Positions 23,640 to 32,208 of a DNA stretch of 32,929 nucleotides are shown here, piece by piece; the first letter of the stretch is position 1, and each line of letters starts with the position of its first letter. This DNA comes from Acidobacteriota bacterium (GTDB lineage Bacteria; Acidobacteriota; Terriglobia; Acidiferrales; 2-02-FULL-67-57): assembly GCA_016189965.1 (NCBI GenBank), contig JACPRL010000160.1, forward strand, positions 1 through 32,929, given 5' to 3'. The notes beneath the pieces were generated by a model. The model saw only the letters and a program-made list of their open reading frames with translations. It searched no databases and was not told the origin of the DNA. Made by a program: the position numbers and the translations under genes.

Positions 23640-23685
23640 CCCATGACGAAATGTTCCACGCAGTGCCCTGTGACGGGAGGACACA

Positions 23686-24174
23686 ATGACCAACCGGGAG
23701 TTTTTCCTCAAGCGCGCGGAAGAGGAGTTCCCCGTTTTCTTGCGCGTGTTTAAGGCGCTGCCCAAGGACAAGCTCGACTACCGCCCCCATGCCCGCTCGC
23801 GCACGGCCGCCGAGCTGGTCTGGATCATCGTGCTCGACGAACAGACCGCCTCCGAGGTCCTCGACACCGGGAAAATCCGCTGGCAAGAGGTGCCGCCGCC
23901 CGTCACGCTCGACGAAATGATGGCCGCCTACGAGAAGGCCCACGCCGAGCTCACCCCGCGGCTCAAGAAGGTTGACGACAAGACCTGGGAGGAAAAGAAA
24001 GTCCAGTTGCTGGTCGAAGGGCAGGTGGCGTTCGAGGAGACGCTGGGGATGATGCTCTGGGTGGGCCTGTTCGACGCCGTGCACCACCGCGGGCAGCTCA
24101 GCACCTACATCCGCCCCATGGGCGGCACCGTGCCTTCCATCTACGGCCCCTCGGGGGACGACATGGGGGCATAG
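23686..24174 (+). CDS. DinB family (DinB_2-like four-helix bundle) protein, 162 aa
   Basis: PKDKLDYRPHARSRTAAELVWII… and the C-terminal HHRGQLSTYIRPMGG.VPSIYGPS motif. RBS GGGAGGA. Confidence 0.9.
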   Translation: MTNREFFLKRAEEEFPVFLRVFKALPKDKLDYRPHARSRTAAELVWIIVLDEQTASEVLDTGKIRWQEVPPPVTLDEMMAAYEKAHAELTPRLKKVDDKTWEEKKVQLLVEGQVAFEETLGMMLWVGLFDAVHHRGQLSTYIRPMGGTVPSIYGPSGDDMGA

Positions 24175-24177
24175 TGT

Positions 24178-24266
24178 CCCGGAGGCAGGTGCCTCCGGGC
24201 TCGGCGAGGTAGTTAGCAGGCGGCGCCCCGACGACATGGGCGCTAGGGCAGGGGCTTGCCTGCCCT
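24178..24266. terminator. hairpins between convergent genes (likely bidirectional termination)
   Basis: CCCGGAGGCA-gg-TGCCTCCGGG is at 24178-24199, 4 nt after the DinB stop. Its stem design is related to the hairpin at 18642-18663. AGGGCAGG-ggcttg-CCTGCCCT is at 24245-24266. Confidence 0.5.
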
Positions 24267-24288
24267 GGCGTTGTGGATTCCGCGCCGC

Positions 24289-24723
24289 TTAGGCTTCTTT
24301 GTAGAGCCAGCCGGCGACGAAGGTGGCCAGCACAGCGCCCACCCAGATGTCGAGTGTCCACCAGAGCGCCACGATGCGCTCCAGCGGCAGCCAGTTGACA
24401 ATCGTCCAGCTCAGCGGAAACGCCGCCACGAACCCGCCCACAAAGCCCAGCTTCAGCGCCGTGCCCGGCCCGGGGCCCCAGGTGGCCCGCACCGAGGCGT
24501 AGAGCCAGGACAGAATCGAGGCCAGGATGAACAGAGTCAGAAACCAGAGGCCGAGGAAGCCGCCCACAGTGTAGCGCGGCTGGGCGAGCAGGTGGCCGGC
24601 CTGCTGTGCCTGCTGGTAGAGGTCGCCGATGAACACCGAGTTCACCAGCAGGCTCCACACCGACCACACCAGCCCGCCCGCCATCGTCCCCAGATGCACT
24701 CGCCGCCAGTTGATTCCCGCCAT
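24289..24723 (-). CDS. hypothetical integral membrane protein (about 4 TM), 144 aa
   Basis: Four hydrophobic Trp-rich segments. RBS GAGGTG lies 5 nt upstream of ATG 24723. High GC3. Confidence 0.7.
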   Translation of the reverse strand: MAGINWRRVHLGTMAGGLVWSVWSLLVNSVFIGDLYQQAQQAGHLLAQPRYTVGGFLGLWFLTLFILASILSWLYASVRATWGPGPGTALKLGFVGGFVAAFPLSWTIVNWLPLERIVALWWTLDIWVGAVLATFVAGWLYKEA

Positions 24724-24766
24724 CGGAGCACCTCGCGTCGCTGGAGTCCCAGGGGAAAGTGCGCCG

Positions 24767-24796
24767 ACTCTAGTCGCGGCAGGGCTGGGGTGTCAA
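24767..24796 (-). promoter_or_regulatory. sigma70-like promoter TTGACA-18-TAGAGT for the membrane protein gene
   Basis: On the minus strand, TTGACA is at 24796-24791, followed by an 18-nt spacer and TAGAGT at 24772-24767. Confidence 0.4.
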
Positions 24797-24823
24797 GCCC
24801 ACCGCCGGTCGTGCCGCCGCCGC

Positions 24824-27800
24824 CTACTGGGTGGTCACAAGGATAAACTGGTCGCTCTTGATCTGGAACGTGGTCGGGCCATTGGCAAAGCCCTCCACGC
24901 GGTAGAGGTAGGTTCGGCCGGGAACGATGGCGGCGGCCACAAATTCATTCGGGCCAAAGTTGCCCGAGCTGTCGAGTTGCGTCAACTCCCCGTCCGGCCC
25001 CACTTCGAACAAGCGGAAGTCCAAGTCGGGCAGCACCCCGAGATCGGTTTCAACCGTCAGGGTCCCTTCGACCCCAAACACCCCGGGCGTGCCGACGAAC
25101 TCCACATCCTCGTGGTCCACCCCTTCGACAAGATTCAGCCCCAACGTTCCGATGGGCACCACGCCGCTGAAAAATTCCGTGTCCACCAGCACCTCCTCGG
25201 CGGTATTGGCGTCCACCACCTCGGTGTTGGAGACGCCGATGGTGTTATTCGGGTTGAGGTTGAGCGTGCGCAGGCCATACTGGAAGCCCTTGGGGTCATC
25301 CAATCCGCGCGGGCGGAACAAGCCCACAATCTGTCCCCGGTCGACGTAGCAGGTCTGGCTGGCCGGCACGTAGTCCACATGGCCGAAGCCGTCGCTAGTG
25401 GCGTCCCCTTCACTGTATTCGTGGGTCAGGGGATCGGACGGAAAGAGCCGCCCGCTGGTCTGGCCTTTGCGGCGCTTGCGGATTTCATAGCCCAGCGCGC
25501 CCGCTGTCGCTTTCCAGCACACCTGGACAGAGTCGCCAAACACGGTGGCCTTCACGCCTTTGGGCCGCGGCAGCGCCGGTTGGGCGACGGTGAAAGCCGA
25601 CACGGTGGTGGAAATCGTCTGCCGGCCACCGAAAGCGGGCTTGGCGTTCGAGCCGATTTCCCGCGCCGCAAACACTTGCTCAATCAGCGTGCGGTGCATA
25701 CCGACTTGTCGGGGATTGCCGGGCTCGACCAGCCCGCTCGGGTAGAGGAGCGCGTCGGTCAGAATCATGGCGTCGCGCGCGGCCACAAAGCTGTCGCGCG
25801 CCACGATCCCCAGGATGTAGATGGAACCGAGGAACAATCGCTCCCAGGTCTCCTGGCCTTGCGAAATCGGAACCGTCGGCGCTCCGGTCGTCAGCTCCGG
25901 CCGAACGAATCCACTTCCGGTCTCGTAGAGCTGGAGGAATTCCCGGATATCCCACATCGCCGCCTCGTAGATTTCGCCGTCCTGGTGTTCTTCACACTCC
26001 CGGCCGTCCGGTGCGCCGGTGGCACGGTTGGAGCGGCAGAGCTGGGAGAAAAGCAAGCCGCTGTTGGCGTTGCGAATCCAGGCCACCAGGTCGGGATCGC
26101 CCTCGGCGGCCGTCAGCACGCGCCCCTCGCGAATCGCCTGGCGCAGGCGGAAGGCGTTCACCACGTATTCCCCCAGCGAGGGGTCCTGGCTGATCGTCCC
26201 CGCCCACAAGTCCGCTTGCCCCTCGTTCAACGCCGGGCCTTCGATGGGGGCTTCGAAGCCGGCGATGGGCGTCGAAATGGAATGCATCCCTTCGTGGTAG
26301 GGCACGATATCTTCCACGGCAAAGGAATTGAAGAGGAAGCCATGGCCGTAGGCCGTCGGATTGACGATCACTTGTTGCCCTGCAATGGTGGTGTGCAGCG
26401 GCAAGGAAAAGGCGTTGTCGAAGCCGAGGGCTCTTTCGATGAAGTCCGGCTGAGTGGCCCGACTTAACGCCTGGCACCCCAGCAAGGCGACCCCGGGAGG
26501 GCAGGGGATGTGAACGACCGCCTGCAGCGGCACATCCTTGTTGGGGAACGTGTCGGGGAAATCGCCCTCGCCCGGGCGCAGGGGGTCATTGGCCTTGTCG
26601 TCGCGGACGTGCAGGTCGATGACATATTCCAGCAGGTAGTTGACAAAGAAAAAAACGTTCGTTTCATCCTGGTGCTCGGCCGGTTCCGCGTCGGGGCCGA
26701 AATGCACGTCCTCGCGGGTGGCCTGTTCCACCGGCGGGGCATCTTGAGCGAAGTGCCACGTCCCCAGGGGCGGCTGCGCGAAGGGCGCCTTCACCGGCAG
26801 CGCATTGTGCACATGGGCATGCGTGCCGGTGAGCTCGCCCTCCACGCCTGTCGTGCGGTTCGAGGCGTCGAAGTTGCGCAAATTCACCCGCAGTTGTCCC
26901 ACAGGCCGGCCGGTGGCATCTCGCGGGATGATTCCCTTGTCTTTGAGGTTGGTGTCGATCCCCGGATGGGTGGGAAAAATGTCGGCGGTGGCCGGGGCGA
27001 TATTGCTCGTCCCCTGGGTGCGGACCAGGCTTTCCCGACTCAGAATCTCTCCCGTCTCCGCGTCTACGCTGTAGCGGAAGACGCCGAAGGGGTTGCGGGA
27101 GTAAAGGAAAAATTCCCAGCTCAGGCGGAAGGCGTCAGCGGTAGGGAAAACGGTGAGTTCCGGGGAGGGCTCGCGGAAGGGCCCGAGGCTGGCTTCGAGT
27201 TGGTCGAGGGCCGGGTTGGTGAGCTCTGCCACTTCCGCGCTCACTTCCACCGCCAGCGGCGCCAAGTCGCCGCGGGAGACGCCGACCGCCTGCTCGGCCG
27301 TCAGGATAGGGACAGTGGAACCACCCAGCACCGGGTAATACGGGCCGAAAGCGGCCAGTACCTGGTTGGAGCCATTGAGAACCACGCCCACGCCGCCGCC
27401 GCGCACGCGCAAGCCTTGGGCGTACTGGTCGTAGCGCACCAGGGTCCCGCCCAGAGCGGAAACCCCTTTGGTGAGCTTGAGGGTGGCGAGGTCGGTGATG
27501 CCGAACAGAATCTGATTCTCGGCCAGGAAGGCCAGCGCAGCCTCAGCCGGCGTGCCTGCGTAGGGCACGGAAAGGAAATCCCACATCGCTTCGGGCGAGC
27601 CGGCGAAGTCGTCCCAACGCACGTAGGCTTGTTCGCCGTAGGCGGTGCGGAAGGAGGCCAGGGCCCGCTGCTGCTCCGCGGTCGCGCCTCGGAGGGGAAC
27701 GACGCCGGGGCGTTGGTTGACGTCAAAGTCCGGGCTGGCTGCACCCTCGACGCTCGCCACCTGGGCGGGCAGCGGGGAAGCGGTCAGGAGAACCGCCGCA

Positions 27801-27838
27801 CAAAGCGCGGCGAGAATGTTGGTTCGACGGCAGCTCAT
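24824..27838 (-). CDS. secreted gluzincin metalloprotease, thermolysin (M4)/fungalysin (M36)-like, with propeptide-like N-terminus, FN3-like domain and C-terminal PPC-like domain (about 1004 aa)
   Basis: Signal peptide. HEGMH at 26296-26282, with Glu exactly 20 residues after the second His in LNEGQAD (thermolysin spacing). FTP-like N-terminal segment (AEAALAFLAENQILFGI). FN3-like VKATVFGDSVQVCWKATAGALGYEI. The start is at ATG 27838, with GGAGG 8 nt upstream; the track GTG 27847 overlaps the SD. Confidence 0.8.
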   Translation of the reverse strand: MSCRRTNILAALCAAVLLTASPLPAQVASVEGAASPDFDVNQRPGVVPLRGATAEQQRALASFRTAYGEQAYVRWDDFAGSPEAMWDFLSVPYAGTPAEAALAFLAENQILFGITDLATLKLTKGVSALGGTLVRYDQYAQGLRVRGGGVGVVLNGSNQVLAAFGPYYPVLGGSTVPILTAEQAVGVSRGDLAPLAVEVSAEVAELTNPALDQLEASLGPFREPSPELTVFPTADAFRLSWEFFLYSRNPFGVFRYSVDAETGEILSRESLVRTQGTSNIAPATADIFPTHPGIDTNLKDKGIIPRDATGRPVGQLRVNLRNFDASNRTTGVEGELTGTHAHVHNALPVKAPFAQPPLGTWHFAQDAPPVEQATREDVHFGPDAEPAEHQDETNVFFFVNYLLEYVIDLHVRDDKANDPLRPGEGDFPDTFPNKDVPLQAVVHIPCPPGVALLGCQALSRATQPDFIERALGFDNAFSLPLHTTIAGQQVIVNPTAYGHGFLFNSFAVEDIVPYHEGMHSISTPIAGFEAPIEGPALNEGQADLWAGTISQDPSLGEYVVNAFRLRQAIREGRVLTAAEGDPDLVAWIRNANSGLLFSQLCRSNRATGAPDGRECEEHQDGEIYEAAMWDIREFLQLYETGSGFVRPELTTGAPTVPISQGQETWERLFLGSIYILGIVARDSFVAARDAMILTDALLYPSGLVEPGNPRQVGMHRTLIEQVFAAREIGSNAKPAFGGRQTISTTVSAFTVAQPALPRPKGVKATVFGDSVQVCWKATAGALGYEIRKRRKGQTSGRLFPSDPLTHEYSEGDATSDGFGHVDYVPASQTCYVDRGQIVGLFRPRGLDDPKGFQYGLRTLNLNPNNTIGVSNTEVVDANTAEEVLVDTEFFSGVVPIGTLGLNLVEGVDHEDVEFVGTPGVFGVEGTLTVETDLGVLPDLDFRLFEVGPDGELTQLDSSGNFGPNEFVAAAIVPGRTYLYRVEGFANGPTTFQIKSDQFILVTTQ

Positions 27839-27928
27839 TTTACTCACCTCCTCGATGACAGGTCAAACGCTGGGGGAAAGAGCTGGGCCCGGCTCCGGAG
27901 GGCAAGCGCTGCCCCCTGGGCGGCGCAG

Positions 27929-27958
27929 ATAGTAGCAGGACTACTATTAGCATGTCAA
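27929..27958 (-). promoter_or_regulatory. near-consensus promoter TTGACA-18-TACTAT for the metalloprotease, overlapped by the AT-rich palindrome ATAGTAG-N5-CTACTAT (candidate operator)
   Basis: On the minus strand, TTGACA is at 27958-27953 and TACTAT at 27934-27929. The inverted repeat at 27929-27947 covers the -10 and part of the spacer. It is the only AT-rich patch in the 320-nt divergent intergenic region. Confidence 0.5.
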
Positions 27959-28096
27959 GCGAATTCGCGCGGCAGCCTGCCCAGGAGCCATCAAATCCGG
28001 CGCTGTACGGGAATCGAGGGGGAGCAAATCCCGGGGTTGTGGCCGCGACTGTAGTCGTGGCGCGGCCGGGAGTCAAGCAAGCGTAGCGGGCGTGCG

Positions 28097-28125
28097 TTGA
28101 CTTGGGAGCGGGCGGAGCCTAAGAT
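28097..28125 (+). promoter_or_regulatory. sigma70-like promoter TTGACT-17-TAAGAT for the PD40 Ser/Thr kinase
   Basis: TTGACT at 28097-28102, a 17-nt spacer, then TAAGAT at 28120-28125. It lies about 34 nt upstream of ATG 28159. Confidence 0.5.
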
Positions 28126-28158
28126 GCCTGCGCGAGGGCAGGCAGTCACACCACTTCC

Positions 28159-30840
28159 ATGATTGGGGACACACTCGGCCACTACCGCATCATCGAAAAG
28201 CTGGGCGCGGGCGGGATGGGCGAGGTCTACCGCGCCCGCGATGAGCGCCTGGGGCGCGATGTCGCGCTGAAACTCCTGCCGGAAGCCTTTGCCGCCGACC
28301 CCGAGCGCCTGGCGCGCTTCGAGCGCGAAGCGCGCCTGCTCGCCTCGCTCAACCACCCGCACATCGCCGCCATCCACGGGCTGGAAGAAGCGGGCGGGAA
28401 GCGCTTCCTGGTGCTGGAGCTGGTGGAGGGCAAGACGCTGGCCGAGGAACTGAAGGCTGGTTCGCTGGCGGTGGGCGAGGCGCTCGAAGTCGCCCGGCAG
28501 ATCGCCGACGCGCTCGAAGCGGCGCACGAGCAGGGTGTCATCCATCGCGACCTGAAGCCGGCCAACATCAAGCGCACGCCGGCGGGCGAGGTGAAGCTGC
28601 TCGATTTCGGCCTGGCCAAGGCGCTGGCGGGCGAGCCGGCTGGCTCCGACCCCGGCACTTCGCCTACCGTCAGCGACATCGCTTCGCGCGAAGGGGTGAT
28701 TCTGGGCACGGCGGCTTACATGAGTCCGGAGCAGGCGCGCGGCAAGCCGGTGGACAAGCGCACCGACATCTGGGCCTTCGGCTGCGTGCTCTACGAAGCG
28801 CTCGCCGGCCGCTCACTCTTCGCGCGGGAGACGGTGACCGACACACTGGCCGCCATCGTCGAGCGCGAGCCCGACTGGGCGGCGCTGCCCGCCGCGACGC
28901 CGGTGAAGGTGCGCGACCTCTTGCGCCGCTGCCTGCAAAAAGATTCCAGGCGCCGCCTGCATGACATCGCCGACGCGCGGATTGAAATCGAGGAGGTCCT
29001 GGCGGCCCCTGCCGGTGTTGAAGCCGCTGCCCCCGCGGCGGCGCCGCAGCCAGCCTGGCGGCGGGTGGCATGGTTCTGGGCGATGGGGCTGCTGGCGGGC
29101 GTTGTGGCGACGCTGGCCCTCTGGCACCCTTGGCACCCCACCGCACCCACGGCGCCGCCGGCGCGGGTGGTGCAACTGACGTCGCTGCCGGGGCTCGAAG
29201 ATTCCGCCACCTGGTCACCCGACGGGCGCTCGCTGGCCTACGTGTCCGACGCCGCCGGCAACCTCGATATCTACGTGCAACAGATCGGCGGCGGCCGCGC
29301 GATCCGCCTGACTGACTCCGAGGCCGACGACGCGCAGCCGGCCTGGTCGCCCGACGGCACCCGCATCGCCTTCGTCTCCGCGCGCGCCTATCCGGAAAAA
29401 CGCCTCTCAGCTCTCATCAACATGGGCAACTGGCAGGGATTTTTCGCCGGGCGCAACGGGGATGTGTGGGTGATGCCGGCGCTGGGGGGTAGCGCGCGCC
29501 GCCTCGCAGAGAACGCTTACTATCCCGCGTGGTCGCCCGACGGGAAGAAGCTGGTCTACCAGGCGTTGCGCGACGAGCGGTGGGGCCTGTGGGTGCAGGA
29601 GGTGGACACCGACACGCCGGCGCGTCTGCTTGAGGTCGGCCCCGTGACTACCCCCATACCCTGGCACCCCGTGATTTCCCAACCCGCCTGGTCGCCGGAT
29701 GGGGAATGGATTGCCTTCACCGCCGGCTGGGCAGCCAGCCTGCACATCTACGCCGTGCCCGCCGAGGGCGGCGCGGGTCGCCGGCTGACCGAAGAAGGTT
29801 CCTCGGCTCTGATGCCCAGTTGGTCGCCGGATGGGCGGTGGCTGTTCTTCTCTTCCGACCGCGGCGGCCAGGTGAACCTGTGGAAGGCTCGCTTCGAGAA
29901 TGGGCGGCTCGGCACGCCCGAACTGGTGACGGCCGGCGGCGGCGCGCACCTCCACGCCCGCCGCGCCCCCGAAGGCGACCGCCTGGTCTACAGCAGCGTG
30001 AACACGTCGTCCGACTTGTGGGAATACGACCTCAGATCAGGAGCCGTCAGCCAGCTCACCCGCGAAACCACGCAGGAAGACAACGCGCGACCCTCGCCCG
30101 ACGGGCGCTGGCTCGCCTTTTCCTCCAACCGGCTGGGCGGAAACCACCTCTGGCTCATGAACCGCGCCGACGGCAGCCTCACCCAGGTTACCACCGCCGC
30201 GCGCCTCGGCATCTTTGGCGCGTCTCACTGGTCGTGGGATGGACGATATCTTTACTTTGCCAGCGAGGGCACGCCCAGCAGCATCTGGCAGCACGAGCTG
30301 GGGCTGGGGAGCCAGAAGAAAGTTTATGAAGGCCCGCTGGTTGGCCCGGATATCTTCTGCGTGTCGGCGGATGATCGCTATCTGGTGGTGGCGCAGGTCG
30401 AGCCCGCTCCGGGCATCGTGCGGGTGGAGCTGGCGTCTGGCCGCGCCGAGGTTCTCGCCCGGCTGCCCGAGCGGCTTTCCTCTGACCCGGCCTGCTCGCC
30501 GGACGGGAACTGGGTGGCCTTCCACGTCGAAGAGAGCAACGACCGCGATATCTGGCTCGTGCCGCTGGCCGGCGGCGAACCGCGGCAGTTGACCTCCGGC
30601 CCCAACGAGGATTCCCACCCCGCCTGGTCAGCGGACAGCCGCTGGGTCTACTTCGTCCGCAACCACCAGGATGTTTGGGTGGTGCCGCGGGAGGGCGGCG
30701 AGCCTCGCCCCGTCACCCGTTACCGCTCGTTCAGCGTCACGCTCGACTACCCCGTCGCCACTACTGACGGGCGGAAGCTGCTCTTCACCCGCAGCGACAA
30801 GGCGGGCGACATCTACTTGCTGGAAACCGCACAAGAATAG
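28159..30840 (+). CDS. membrane Ser/Thr protein kinase with an extracytoplasmic TolB-like PD40/WD40 beta-propeller sensor region (893 aa)
   Basis: Kinase motifs GAGGMGEVYRA, VALK, HRDLKPANI, DFG, SPEQ. TM segment VAWFWAMGLLAGVVATLALW. About 10 repeats of the WSPDG(R/K/T/E/N)W(I/L)(A/V)F type follow. Confidence 0.9.
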   Translation: MIGDTLGHYRIIEKLGAGGMGEVYRARDERLGRDVALKLLPEAFAADPERLARFEREARLLASLNHPHIAAIHGLEEAGGKRFLVLELVEGKTLAEELKAGSLAVGEALEVARQIADALEAAHEQGVIHRDLKPANIKRTPAGEVKLLDFGLAKALAGEPAGSDPGTSPTVSDIASREGVILGTAAYMSPEQARGKPVDKRTDIWAFGCVLYEALAGRSLFARETVTDTLAAIVEREPDWAALPAATPVKVRDLLRRCLQKDSRRRLHDIADARIEIEEVLAAPAGVEAAAPAAAPQPAWRRVAWFWAMGLLAGVVATLALWHPWHPTAPTAPPARVVQLTSLPGLEDSATWSPDGRSLAYVSDAAGNLDIYVQQIGGGRAIRLTDSEADDAQPAWSPDGTRIAFVSARAYPEKRLSALINMGNWQGFFAGRNGDVWVMPALGGSARRLAENAYYPAWSPDGKKLVYQALRDERWGLWVQEVDTDTPARLLEVGPVTTPIPWHPVISQPAWSPDGEWIAFTAGWAASLHIYAVPAEGGAGRRLTEEGSSALMPSWSPDGRWLFFSSDRGGQVNLWKARFENGRLGTPELVTAGGGAHLHARRAPEGDRLVYSSVNTSSDLWEYDLRSGAVSQLTRETTQEDNARPSPDGRWLAFSSNRLGGNHLWLMNRADGSLTQVTTAARLGIFGASHWSWDGRYLYFASEGTPSSIWQHELGLGSQKKVYEGPLVGPDIFCVSADDRYLVVAQVEPAPGIVRVELASGRAEVLARLPERLSSDPACSPDGNWVAFHVEESNDRDIWLVPLAGGEPRQLTSGPNEDSHPAWSADSRWVYFVRNHQDVWVVPREGGEPRPVTRYRSFSVTLDYPVATTDGRKLLFTRSDKAGDIYLLETAQE

Positions 30841-30939
30841 CCAGGCGCAGGTTTCACCGCGCCGCCAGCACAAAAAGCAGATTCCTCGCCGCCACGACAG
30901 GCAAGGGCTCGGAATGACAAGGTTCGGTGGGGTGGCGGG

Positions 30940-31374
30940 TTAGCGGCCGAGGCGGGCGAAGACGCGCCAGTCGAGCGGGCGGAAGCCGACGCGGTGGAAG
31001 AAGTCGCGGGCGGTGCGACCACGCGTGCCCAGGACGTAGAGGCAGGGGACGCCGTCGCGGGCCATGCGCCGGGCCAGGTCGCTGAGCAAGCGCGTGCCGA
31101 TGCCGCGCCGGCGGTGGCGCGGGTGCACCACCAGGTTCTGCACCATCCCGCAGAGGAAACCGTCGGAGACGGCGCTGGCGAACCCGACCATTTTTTTCTC
31201 CTCCCAGGCGGTGAGGATGCGGTGGGACTGGCGGAGCATTTTCTGGATCTGGGCGGGGGAGCAGCGGGCGACGTCTTCGGTCCAGCCGGCGGCGCGGAAC
31301 AGTGCGCGCACCTGCGCGGACGGCACGCGCTTGCTGTCTTTGAACTGAACGCCCCGTTGCCCGCCGGCCTTCAT
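30940..31374 (-). CDS. GNAT family N-acetyltransferase, about 144 aa
   Basis: VVHPRHRRRGIGTRLLSDL (acetyl-CoA motif A) and …FFHRVGF. The start is trimmed to ATG 31374 because the upstream part of the 247-aa track ORF is low-complexity and overlaps the divergent methyltransferase region. Confidence 0.8.
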   Translation of the reverse strand: MKAGGQRGVQFKDSKRVPSAQVRALFRAAGWTEDVARCSPAQIQKMLRQSHRILTAWEEKKMVGFASAVSDGFLCGMVQNLVVHPRHRRRGIGTRLLSDLARRMARDGVPCLYVLGTRGRTARDFFHRVGFRPLDWRVFARLGR

Positions 31375-31476
31375 TCTTCGCCCCCGCGAACGAAGGCAGC
31401 GGGATTCTGCCACAAAGCGCCGGCTGGGGAAAGCAGTTTCTTTGAACCGCGTACCGGGTAGCCGGTACCAGGTACA

Positions 31477-32154
31477 ATGGGCGATGCGATGCTTGAGGTC
31501 CGGGGCAGCCGCGCTGCGCTCATTCGCGCCTACGATTTCTTCAGCTACCTCTACGGCTCGACCGCCGCCCGGCTGGAACGCGCCGGGGTAACCCACGGGC
31601 TCGTGCGCGCCGGGGTACGTCCGGCTGAGCGGGTGCTCGAAGTGGCCGTCGGCACGGGTGTGGTCCACACCCGCTTGCGCCAACGGCTGGGCGCCAGCGG
31701 GCTGCTCGTCGGCGTGGACCTTTCCTGGGGCATGCTGCGGGCGACGCGCCGGCTCATCCCTGGCGCGTGGGTGGCTCGCGCCGATGCCCGCGCCCTGCCT
31801 TTTCCCGATGGCTTCTTCGACCTAGTGTGGGCGAGCTATTTCCTCGACCTCATCCCCACCGGAGAGATAACCGCCGTGCTGGAAGAGTTCCGCCGCGTGC
31901 TGCGGGCTCCTTCGCTTCGCTCAGGACAAGCGGGCGGGCGGCTGGTGCTGGTGAACTTGAGCAAGAACGGGCCGGGGCTCACCTGGTGGGAGCGGCTCTA
32001 TCGGCTGGCGCCGGATTGGTTGGTGCCGTGGCTGTTCTGCGGCTCCCGGCCGGTGGAGGCTGAGCCGTTTGTGCGCGCCGCCGGCTTCACCGACGTGGAG
32101 CGCGAATTCGTCCCGGGCGGCCTCGACTCCGAAATCATCACGGCGAAGAAATGA
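31477..32154 (+). CDS. class I SAM-dependent methyltransferase (Methyltransf_11/25-like), 225 aa
   Basis: Motif I VLEVAVGTG, ALPFPDGFFDLVWASYFL and post-II …EFRRVLR[APSLRSGQA]GGRLVLV. An alternative in-frame ATG is at 31489. Confidence 0.85.
   Translation: MGDAMLEVRGSRAALIRAYDFFSYLYGSTAARLERAGVTHGLVRAGVRPAERVLEVAVGTGVVHTRLRQRLGASGLLVGVDLSWGMLRATRRLIPGAWVARADARALPFPDGFFDLVWASYFLDLIPTGEITAVLEEFRRVLRAPSLRSGQAGGRLVLVNLSKNGPGLTWWERLYRLAPDWLVPWLFCGSRPVEAEPFVRAAGFTDVEREFVPGGLDSEIITAKK
31906..31932 (+). repeat. in-frame 27-nt copy of the interspersed repeat inside the methyltransferase CDS (encodes APSLRSGQA)
   Basis: GCTCCTTCGCTTCGCTCAGGACAAGCG closely matches the intergenic copy at 4173-4200 (GCTCCCTTCGACTACGCTCAGGGCAAGC). 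The other copies, at 11409-11455 and 18596-22, are more diverged. Removing it leaves …RVLR-GGRLVLV…, the usual methyltransferase loop. Confidence 0.6.
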
Positions 32155-32186
32155 AACCACAGACCTGTGGTGAGCGAAGCCGAACC

Positions 32187-32208
32187 ATGAACACAGATGA
32201 ACACAGAT
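32187..32208 (+). repeat. tandem 10-nt repeat ATGAACACAG x2 (+AT)
   Basis: ATGAACACAGATGAACACAGAT lies in the intergenic region upstream of the tryptophanase-like gene. It is followed by CACCGCAGAGGCGCTGAGG and a diverged interspersed-repeat copy at 32252-32281. Confidence 0.6.

Noticed and set aside
23548-24237. ORF 23548-24237 (-) 229 aa
   Set aside because: It is antisense to the DinB gene and extends through terminator and REP hairpins. Its N-terminus, SPSPEAPASG, is a palindrome translation.
18479-24266. Possibility that the recurring hairpins form a CRISPR array
   Set aside because: The repeats differ in sequence, are not regularly spaced, lie kilobases apart between ordinary genes, and no cas genes are present.
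24629-28054. ORFs 24629-26467 (+) 612 aa and 26510-28054 (+) 514 aa
   Set aside because: They are antisense to the metalloprotease gene, which has HEGMH, a signal peptide and a strong RBS. They have no motifs and typical GC-rich shadow-frame composition.
31452-31476. GGTACC…GGTACC.GGTAC direct repeats and TACAAT just before the methyltransferase ATG
   Set aside because: TACAAT abuts the annotated ATG (31477), so it cannot act as a normal -10 for it. It might serve the in-frame ATG at 31489, but the spacing is off. There is too little evidence to call a promoter or operator.
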